The notes under the pieces are model-generated. The model saw nothing but the letters and a program-made list of their open reading frames with translations. It was not told the DNA's origin and did not search any database. Of a stretch of 32,000 nt of DNA, positions 9,055 to 15,985 are shown one piece after another. Position numbers and translations under genes: made by a program. Source of the DNA: Caldivirga maquilingensis IC-167 (GTDB lineage Archaea > Thermoproteota > Thermoprotei > Thermoproteales > Thermocladiaceae); the NCBI RefSeq assembly GCF_000018305.1, contig NC_009954.1, positions 1 through 32,000 of the forward strand. Reading direction: 5' to 3'. Within the stretch, counting starts at the first letter, position 1. The number at the start of each line of letters is the position of its first letter.

Positions 9055-11400
9055 TTACTTGTCAAGCAGTTGCGTACCGTAGTACACCAGGTTACCCACG
9101 TCTAGTGAACCAAAACCATTGACAGGGTTCCAGATGCATGGATTCTTAATAACCCAACCATTCACAGCCGTGGCGCCGTTTTGACCATATATTGATGGGT
9201 AGAAGACACCGTGGGTGTTTGTGCCGTAGACTGATGTTGGGTAGTAGGCGTTGCAGAAGCTTGAACCAGCCTCAGTGGCCCATATTTGGCTTAATGGCAC
9301 TGCGGCTAAGCCTACTTGGTAAGGTATGCCGGCTTTATTCAAGTAGTCCTGCCATAGGGCAACCATACCCATGGTTAATGGTGACGCCAGGCTAGTGCCA
9401 CCCCATATGAATGGGTTAAGTTCACCATCAATCACTATCAACACACCTGTATATGGATTAGCGTCAGCTGAGACTATTGGGTAACCCTTAGCGCCAATGG
9501 GTACGTATAGGCTTGGATAAAGCATCCACTCAAAGGTCCTGTAGAGGGGCGTGTATGGGTTAATGTTGAGTGTGGGTACGTAGGGTTCATTAACGAAGAA
9601 TTGACCAAGCAATAGACCCCATATTAATGGCTGGAACTGGGTTTGCTCATAGAAATTACCCTCACCTATTAGGTTGAATATGTACTGGTACTGGTAGAGC
9701 GGCATATCGAAGAATATTGAGTAACCACCGCCACTCCCCCAATATATTAAGTCCCATGGAGGTAGGCCGAAGCTGTAGAAGCTCCACGCGGTAATGAACC
9801 TTGATCCACCTGGGAACAGGTAGCTTGTTGTTCCACCAACCCCAGTGACCCATGGGTCAATGGATGGGTGGAAGGCTGAGACGAATGGGTAGAACTCGTA
9901 GGCACCAGAGTCACCGGAGGAGGCGAATACACCAATGCCCTGTGCCGCTGCCTGCATGAATATTTGATCGTAGGCTAAGGCATAGTATGGGTCAAGGTAG
10001 TCCTCTGATAAACCCCAGCTTAGGCTAATGAAGTTAACTAGGCTCTCATTAACCATGTACTCAATGGTAACGTATAAGTCATCCCCAGCATCAGGGGACA
10101 CCCCGAAGACTATCCTGGCCCCTGGGGCTATTGCGTGAACCCACTCATTATCGAGGACTGATTCAAAGGACCAACCGCAAGCATCAACGCTGTTAAACGG
10201 AGTGATGAATGGTTCACCAGCCGGGTATATTACTGTAATACTCGCTGGAGGTAGGTCGAAGAGTGATGAGAATGCATTAACATCACTAACTATTATATCG
10301 TTGTACGGTGATAAGGCGTAGCCGCAGAATCCGTTAACTAAATGACTCTCAGCGTCACCGAAGGCGTCAACTATACCCACGGTAACTGATGAACCGTTGT
10401 AACCGTTGTAATCACCAATGAACCAAAGCGGGTACAGTGGTGTGGCATTGTAAAGTAGCTCAATACCCTGGGGTAGGTATACTTCTATTGGGAATTGCAG
10501 TATGAATTCACTGGGCTTATTTAACGCTGAGTTGGCTAAGGCGCTTTGAGCCTCCAATTGAACAGCAACAGGCTTACCGTTAATCACCAGCGGTGACTTT
10601 GAGACAACGCCACTGGGCTTAATCATACTGTAGCTAGGCTGCACCTGAAACTCCCTAGCCAGGTATAGGGCTAAGGCGTGGCCAACACTGTAACCGTGGC
10701 TACCCCTCACGTAGACGGCATACTTCATTAAGACTGGTTGACCCTTATAAGTTACCGGTAGTTGGATTACACCAGTGTTATTATTAATAGATTCAACGGT
10801 CTTAAGCAACTGCTGAAACTCACCGGGTGTTATTTCAAGGAAGAAGCCCTGTGGATTAGTCTCAGTAACCAACACCCAACTAACCCATGAAAACGAAGCA
10901 TTATTGTAAATGAAGTACTCTATCGTCGCGTTAATTATTGATATGCAGGCGTTGTAAGCATTACTCTGCACACCTAATGCAGCATACATTGGTGCTGACT
11001 TAACCTCCGTGGTTAAGTTATAGTAACTGTATATTGCCGTTAAGTTACCGTAGACGCTTGCTGGCGCTGAGTACCATTCATCGAATTCAGCCGCTGATAT
11101 GAACCTGTGGTATAGTGGGCTTGAGGGATTATAGTACTCACTATAAAGCACGTTACCTAAGCCTGTGGCGTTGTTTAGGTATAGGAACGTTATTAGGCTT
11201 GTTGGGTAGGGTAACGGTATAAAGGTCCCATTAGGTGCAATAATTCCATATTCTATGCAAAACACCTCTGAGCCCAGGTAGTATGGGTTTGGTTGATCAG
11301 GTGATTGAGCGTTAACCACGTATAGTGAGATGACTATAGCCACTGTTACAGCCACTAGTATTGCAGCTATTTTACCCCCTTTACTGAATCTATAATCCAT
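9055..11400 (-). CDS. Secreted sedolisin-family (MEROPS S53) serine-carboxyl peptidase with a long N-terminal pro/extra region
   Basis: True ATG at 11398-11400. N-terminal signal or signal-anchor KIAAILVAVTVAIVISLYVVNA/QS. The S53 catalytic set is recognisable: E413-x3-D417 in SFESVLDNEWVHAIAPGA (codons 10162-10164 and 10150-10152), oxyanion Asp in ASSGDSGA (D497, 9910-9912), and the nucleophile Ser in WGGTSLASP (S670, 9391-9393). The catalytic domain starts near VTVGIVDAFGD (aa ~340). Confidence 0.85.
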   Translation of the reverse strand: MDYRFSKGGKIAAILVAVTVAIVISLYVVNAQSPDQPNPYYLGSEVFCIEYGIIAPNGTFIPLPYPTSLITFLYLNNATGLGNVLYSEYYNPSSPLYHRFISAAEFDEWYSAPASVYGNLTAIYSYYNLTTEVKSAPMYAALGVQSNAYNACISIINATIEYFIYNNASFSWVSWVLVTETNPQGFFLEITPGEFQQLLKTVESINNNTGVIQLPVTYKGQPVLMKYAVYVRGSHGYSVGHALALYLAREFQVQPSYSMIKPSGVVSKSPLVINGKPVAVQLEAQSALANSALNKPSEFILQFPIEVYLPQGIELLYNATPLYPLWFIGDYNGYNGSSVTVGIVDAFGDAESHLVNGFCGYALSPYNDIIVSDVNAFSSLFDLPPASITVIYPAGEPFITPFNSVDACGWSFESVLDNEWVHAIAPGARIVFGVSPDAGDDLYVTIEYMVNESLVNFISLSWGLSEDYLDPYYALAYDQIFMQAAAQGIGVFASSGDSGAYEFYPFVSAFHPSIDPWVTGVGGTTSYLFPGGSRFITAWSFYSFGLPPWDLIYWGSGGGYSIFFDMPLYQYQYIFNLIGEGNFYEQTQFQPLIWGLLLGQFFVNEPYVPTLNINPYTPLYRTFEWMLYPSLYVPIGAKGYPIVSADANPYTGVLIVIDGELNPFIWGGTSLASPLTMGMVALWQDYLNKAGIPYQVGLAAVPLSQIWATEAGSSFCNAYYPTSVYGTNTHGVFYPSIYGQNGATAVNGWVIKNPCIWNPVNGFGSLDVGNLVYYGTQLLDK

Positions 11401-11423
11401 GAATTACTTAAACCCACTGTAGG

Positions 11424-11435
11424 TTTTTTAAAAAT
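11424..11435 (-). promoter_or_regulatory. TATA-like A/T block (TTTTTAAAAAA) upstream of the S53 peptidase gene; its T-run could also terminate the upstream 1149-aa gene
   Basis: It lies 24-35 nt upstream of the ATG at 11400, inside the 53-nt gap between the two genes. Confidence 0.5.
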
Positions 11436-11453
11436 TCACCTATAGCTTCAGCG

Positions 11454-14400
11454 TTACCTTAATCTTCTACTCAATACAATTAATAATACCACTGTAACTG
11501 TAAATATGATTAATGCTATTGAATAATAACCCACCGCTGGTTTACTTAATAGGCATGCTTCATTAATGGGTACTAGTGGTTTAATGATACCGTAGGCGTT
11601 ACTCACCTGCCTAACACTATACTCACCGCACTTAACCATTACTGTTACGAATGGTTCCGGTAACCCCAGTGAATCCGTAACCTTAAACACCCTGTACGCT
11701 ACATCAGCCTCAGCGTTAATGGGTTGATTAACCATTGAGGCGTTTACTATTAATGGTTCCTTAAGCCTAATTGTTAAGTTACCCCATTTAACACTACTGA
11801 TGATTGGGCTGCTTGCATTAACCCACCCACTAATAATAGTTAACGGTGTGTTGTTTAAAGTGTGTACGCTGATGCTTATGAACCACTGCTTAAGGTACAT
11901 TACAGTTACGTTTAATGGGGCATTAACCACCAATTGATTAGAGTTTATCGGCTTCCCATTAACCAGAATACCGCTTAGTATTAGCCTAGTGCTGTTTCCT
12001 AGGCTTAACACTGGGGTTGGGCTTAAGTTAAGTCTAGTTGATGCGTTAACCCAATACTCCTCAAACATCCACGGTGACTCATCTATCGTGGTTACATTGG
12101 TTAATAGGTACTGGGGTGTGTAGGATTCATTAATAATCATTGGACCAGTCACATTAATGATAATGCTATTTACCCTAGGTATGAGCCTGGTTAGGTTGCT
12201 TAACTCAATAATGGTATTAGTTATCTTAATTATTGAATCTGAGTTAACCCATTCACTAGTCTCATTAAACACACCGAGCTTAGAGTATTTAACCATGGTT
12301 ACTAGGAATTGAATAACATAAGTCACGTTAATAATTATCGGCTCATTAACAGTAACCTCAACCACAGGGGTCCTTGGTATTAGCCTAACGCTGCTATTAA
12401 TGTTAACCACCGGCCTCGGCATTACCCTGAGTATTGAGTCTGAGTTAACCCAAAGCCAAGTCTCATTAATTAAACCAAGCCTTGAGTACTCTATTATAGT
12501 TACATTATACTGCCTAGTGTAGTTCACGGTTACTGTAAGTGGCTTATTAACAATCACTGTTACTGGTGTTTCATTAATGAGCCTAGTACCGTTATTGAAG
12601 TACACGAACATAGGGTACTTTATCACATAACCCTCCCTAAACCAACCCTCTGTTGAGTTAATGGGTAACCCATTCACAAGTACATTAACCCTAACCCAAT
12701 ACTCCCTAATCCAAAGAACATCAAGGTAATTAACCATTCTACTCAACCTTATTGAGAATGAGTTATTGGCTATGTATTCACCGTTGAATATTGAACCATT
12801 GTATATTAGTCTAGTTCCATTCCCCAACGTTAAAACCAGTGGTAATGTCACATTAACAGTCTCATTACCGAGATAGTAGCCTGAAAGCTTTAACGCTAAA
12901 CCTGATTCATCCATCACTATTAACTCACTGTGAAGTACAACATTCACCATTATGCATAATGGCCCATAATCAATGTAAATGCTCCCATTGAATAGACTCC
13001 ACGTGTATGCGCATACGGTGTAGGCGCCATTGTTGGTGAAGTTCCTCACTAATTGGAGTGATGTAATGTTGGTTTCATTTAAGGTGAATATTCTTAAGCC
13101 ATTAGTACTTATGATTAATGTTAGGTTACCTGGCTTACTTAGATTAAGGTATATTAATACGCTTTGATTACCAGGTATTATTGGCTTAACACCCATGTCC
13201 TCGATTACCGGCGTTCTCCACGTGATGTTAATTACGTTTAAGCCAGGCTTAAGATGAATAATGGTTTCACCCAGGTATTGAACGGTACCGTTGATTAACC
13301 TAATTGTGAATAACCTAATTAAGCCTACTCTACTTAATGTTAGGTTGAATAATGATGCATTACCCAGTATTATTGAATCATTAACCACACCACTCATAAT
13401 TACCCTATACTCCCCAGCCTCATTGGGTGCCCTAATGGTAACGTTGACTATTGGGGTTAAGTCAACGTCAAGTGTTACTGATGAATTAATGTTTATGTTC
13501 TCCGACTCACCTATGAAGTACCTAGCCTTAATACTCATTGAGTAATTATTACACACAACCATTAGTGAGGCTTCACCCGACCCATTACTCAACGCCACAT
13601 ACTTATTGGCGTTAGGCCAATTACTAACTAGGGTTATGGATGCGTTAGCCACTGGTTCACTGGTTCCATTAACCATAACCCTCACTGTTACATTGCATAG
13701 CCTAACCCTACTCAGCATTAGGTTAATAACCTCATTGGAATCCACAATAACGCGCTCAGTCACGTTATAATAGCCCTCAGCCTGGGCTAGTAAGGTATAT
13801 TGGCCTTGGGGGAGGGGTATTGTTGAATTCGGGGTTATGCTCAATGAGACTGGGCCGCTTAATTTAATTAATGCATTCCGGGTGTTGGTTAATAGGGTTA
13901 CATTATATATTACTGGTATTGCCTCCCGGGAGGCCACCGATGATGAACCATCATTACCAACCACGTAGAGGACACCAGGTGAGATTGGGGTTATTGAGTA
14001 GAGTATTAGCGGTAGGTATAGGTTCCCACCTTGAATAGTGTTGTAGAGTGGTGTTAAACCATATATTGAGTAGTAGCCGTAACCACCATCACCACTTGAT
14101 GTTGAGCCAGCGAAAACATACTCATAATCAATGTAAGTAACACTGGTGAGTAGACTGTATTGGTTCAGGTACATGCTTAAATCCTTGAATTCACCATTAC
14201 TAATATTGAATATGCCAGCCACCGGCACTTGAATTAGGTAACCGGAGGAATTAACCACACCTTCACCAACAACCATGAATCCAAGGGGCCCGTACGCCGC
14301 TGAGTATAGTACGTAATTGTAATTTGATGGTAATTTACTGCTCAGGTTTATTAAGGAACCAGTTGACATATTATAGAACCCTAATGCAGCACCATTAAGG

Positions 14401-14903
14401 CCCTCACCGACAATTAGGAACCCGCCGTCACCGTATGCTGCACCGTAGAGGGCTTTGAAGCCTATTGGCTTAATAATACTGTAACCAACCCCAGTGGTTA
14501 ATACTATTAACCCAGTGTTATTAACTGAACCAAGGGCCATGAAGTAACCGTCACCGTAGGCAACACCATATAAGGCCCCAGTACCATTAATATTAATAAC
14601 ATTATAAGCACCATTGGTTAAATTATAGATGATGAAAACCGGCCCACCGCCCTGGCTCACACCAACGGCAACAGCCATACACCCACCCACAGCCACTGAG
14701 TAGAGTATTGAGACGCCATGCACGCCCACAGTGCTGTATGGACCTGAATTACCCATTACACTAATTAACCCAACACCCCCGGATTCACCAACTATTACAA
14801 TGCGGCCACAGCCATATGCTACACCATAGTATAATTGACTACTCGCCACGAGCGATACGGCTAATGTAATTACAGTGACTATAACCAGTACCTGCAGCTT
14901 CAT
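11454..14903 (-). CDS. 1149-aa exported, C-terminally anchored multi-repeat surface protein (propeller-like N-domain plus tandem beta-modules)
   Basis: True ATG at 14901-14903. Signal peptide MKLQVLVIVTVITLAVSLVASS. C-terminal helix YYSIALIIFTVTVVLLIVL (nt ~11472-11528) followed by SRRLR and the stop. Many N-x-S/T sequons. Internal repeats are listed separately. Two segments resemble carboxypeptidase-regulatory-like beta-sandwich patterns (CNVTVRVMVNGTSEPVANASITLV and YRVFKVTDSLGLPEPFVTVMVK); that resemblance is a weak by-eye call. Confidence 0.85.
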   Translation of the reverse strand: MKLQVLVIVTVITLAVSLVASSQLYYGVAYGCGRIVIVGESGGVGLISVMGNSGPYSTVGVHGVSILYSVAVGGCMAVAVGVSQGGGPVFIIYNLTNGAYNVININGTGALYGVAYGDGYFMALGSVNNTGLIVLTTGVGYSIIKPIGFKALYGAAYGDGGFLIVGEGLNGAALGFYNMSTGSLINLSSKLPSNYNYVLYSAAYGPLGFMVVGEGVVNSSGYLIQVPVAGIFNISNGEFKDLSMYLNQYSLLTSVTYIDYEYVFAGSTSSGDGGYGYYSIYGLTPLYNTIQGGNLYLPLILYSITPISPGVLYVVGNDGSSSVASREAIPVIYNVTLLTNTRNALIKLSGPVSLSITPNSTIPLPQGQYTLLAQAEGYYNVTERVIVDSNEVINLMLSRVRLCNVTVRVMVNGTSEPVANASITLVSNWPNANKYVALSNGSGEASLMVVCNNYSMSIKARYFIGESENININSSVTLDVDLTPIVNVTIRAPNEAGEYRVIMSGVVNDSIILGNASLFNLTLSRVGLIRLFTIRLINGTVQYLGETIIHLKPGLNVINITWRTPVIEDMGVKPIIPGNQSVLIYLNLSKPGNLTLIISTNGLRIFTLNETNITSLQLVRNFTNNGAYTVCAYTWSLFNGSIYIDYGPLCIMVNVVLHSELIVMDESGLALKLSGYYLGNETVNVTLPLVLTLGNGTRLIYNGSIFNGEYIANNSFSIRLSRMVNYLDVLWIREYWVRVNVLVNGLPINSTEGWFREGYVIKYPMFVYFNNGTRLINETPVTVIVNKPLTVTVNYTRQYNVTIIEYSRLGLINETWLWVNSDSILRVMPRPVVNINSSVRLIPRTPVVEVTVNEPIIINVTYVIQFLVTMVKYSKLGVFNETSEWVNSDSIIKITNTIIELSNLTRLIPRVNSIIINVTGPMIINESYTPQYLLTNVTTIDESPWMFEEYWVNASTRLNLSPTPVLSLGNSTRLILSGILVNGKPINSNQLVVNAPLNVTVMYLKQWFISISVHTLNNTPLTIISGWVNASSPIISSVKWGNLTIRLKEPLIVNASMVNQPINAEADVAYRVFKVTDSLGLPEPFVTVMVKCGEYSVRQVSNAYGIIKPLVPINEACLLSKPAVGYYSIALIIFTVTVVLLIVLSRRLR
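11709..12941 (-). repeat. Five to six tandem ~66-77-aa modules (pattern ...xTRLIPRxxxxxxxVxxPxxxNVTYxxQYxVTxxxYSxLGxxNETxxWVNSDSIxxx)
   Basis: Protein-level periodicity spans aa ~655-1065. Two adjacent units keep DNA-level similarity: ctgagttaaccca at ~12238 and ~12437, a spacing of about 198 nt. Resemblance to bacterial InlB-B-repeat-like beta modules is a by-eye impression only. Confidence 0.65.
13910..14830 (-). repeat. About seven degenerate ~40-50-aa repeats with motif (L)Y(G/S)(V/A)AYG-x-G-x-(F/I)(V/M)(V/I/A)VG-E/S-G; beta-propeller-like
   Basis: Units seen in the translation: YYGVAYGCGRIVIVGESG, LYSVAVGGCMAVAVGVSQG, LYGVAYGDGYFMALGSVNN, LYGAAYGDGGFLIVGEGLNG, LYSAAYGPLGFMVVGEGVVNSSG, LTSVTYIDYEYVFAGSTSSGDG and LYSITPISPGVLYVVGNDGSS. 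The propeller fold is inferred from periodicity only. Confidence 0.6.
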
Positions 14904-14922
14904 TGCAGTTGAATCAGGGTGC

Positions 14923-14931
14923 TTAATTTAA
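14923..14931 (-). promoter_or_regulatory. TATA-like box (TTAAATTAA) of the 1149-aa gene
   Basis: It lies 20-28 nt upstream of the ATG at 14903, in the 73-nt gap after rps24e. Confidence 0.45.
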
Positions 14932-14976
14932 GCATTATTGCGATGAGTGCGCTTAATGAGGCGCCTCCGCTATTGC

Positions 14977-15420
14977 TCACTTACCCTTGGCTGCAGGCTT
15001 CTTCTCAGACTTCCTCCTACTCTTCAACTCATCCCTAATCTTCTTAGCCTGATCCTTAGGCATATTCCTAAGCCTAACATAGAGTGGCTCAACTAATTCA
15101 GCTGTATTCTTATCAAAGTACACGTGGACCTCAATCCTAGAGACCCCGACACCATACTGCGTATACACGTGCGTCACATAGGTGAGTTCCGGGTTTGAGC
15201 CAAGTGCCTTAGCTAACTCCTCCCTTAACTGAAGCCTCTGGGGTGTTGGTAAACCAACGTGATAGACTATGGCCTTAACCTCCTTACGCTGCAGCAGTGG
15301 GTTATTAAACTGCTCAATAACCTTAACCTGAACCTTACCAGGCTCCACACCCTCAGGTAGGGGTGAGATTACTAAACCACCCCCAGCCTGCTCCCTACCC
15401 TGCTCTTCACCACTACTCAT
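14977..15420 (-). CDS. rps24e: 30S ribosomal protein S24e (eS24)
   Basis: The core VKVIEQFNNPLLQRKEVKAIVYHVGLPTPQRLQLREELAKALG...YGVGVSRIEVHVYFD is typical of S24e, with a Lys-rich tail. I moved the start to the ATG at 15418-15420 (MSSGEEQ...) because a TTTAAAAA box sits 24-31 nt upstream. The ORF-track start at 15471 would include the promoter. Confidence 0.9.
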   Translation of the reverse strand: MSSGEEQGREQAGGGLVISPLPEGVEPGKVQVKVIEQFNNPLLQRKEVKAIVYHVGLPTPQRLQLREELAKALGSNPELTYVTHVYTQYGVGVSRIEVHVYFDKNTAELVEPLYVRLRNMPKDQAKKIRDELKSRRKSEKKPAAKGK

Positions 15421-15443
15421 TAAACACCAGTAATTTAGGTGCA

Positions 15444-15451
15444 TTTTTAAA
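15444..15451 (-). promoter_or_regulatory. TATA box (TTTAAAAA) of rps24e
   Basis: A/T octamer 24-31 nt upstream of the ATG at 15420. Confidence 0.6.
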
Positions 15452-15985
15452 CTCTGACCCAGCCTCACCATATGATTGATGCAGGGACTGTTGATGGATA
15501 TATTGATCCACTTACCCCATTTAATGCATTATAATTCACTGCTAGAATATAGCCTAACTGCGGATTAGCCGCATTCGTATTATATCTAGTAACTGTACTA
15601 GATTATTGCGCTTATGACTAATGATGTAGTTGTTTGAGTAAACGTAACAGGTAGTATTGAGGTTGACGTTAAGATGCTTGTAACTGGAGGTGCAGTGGAT
15701 TTAACGTAAAAACCTACGAAAAACCCGCAATTACGGCAAATAACATAACAACAGCAGTTATTATAGCTGGAGTATTTGATGCATGTTCCCCATAATAATA
15801 TTAGCCATTAAACATTTCATAAGTATTGTATCATTACCACATAGTATATATTTTACTATAATGCATTGATTCTACCACTATCATGGTGTTGAAAAGCGGA
15901 TGAATTAACCTTTACTTTAAGGGATGGGTGAATCCACTTACTAGTTTGCTTACTGACCCCTTTACTTGAGGGTGTGGGTTTAGTC

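Noticed and set aside
9192-9935. Small ORFs inside or antisense to the S53 peptidase gene (9192..9395 +, 9662..9853 -, 9747..9935 -)
   Set aside because: They overlap a CDS with clear catalytic motifs in another frame and show Arg/Pro/Trp-rich nonsense composition.
13291-13545. 84-aa plus-strand ORF antisense to the 1149-aa gene
   Set aside because: It is a shadow ORF in an AT-rich repeat-coding region, with no promoter-like context.
15421-15471. 17-codon N-terminal extension of rps24e given by the ORF track (MVRLGQSLKMHLNYWCL...)
   Set aside because: The extension would contain the TTTAAAAA box itself (15444-15451). The ATG at 15420 gives a conventional S24e.
15590-15800. Stop-free stretch of about 68 codons on the minus strand (…NNCCCYVICRNCGFF…) that briefly suggested a small zinc-ribbon protein such as S27ae
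   Set aside because: It has no ATG/GTG/TTG start after the upstream stop, and the Cys spacing does not match CPxC...CxxC of S27ae. At best it is a decayed remnant.
15897-15958. Possible C/D-box sRNA (GGAUGAA ... CUGA about 55 nt apart) and other UGAUG-like strings in the 15472..15985 spacer
   Set aside because: The C box has a mismatch, no internal D'/C' boxes are present, and the flanks cannot form a terminal stem. Other UGAUG strings lack a matching CUGA.
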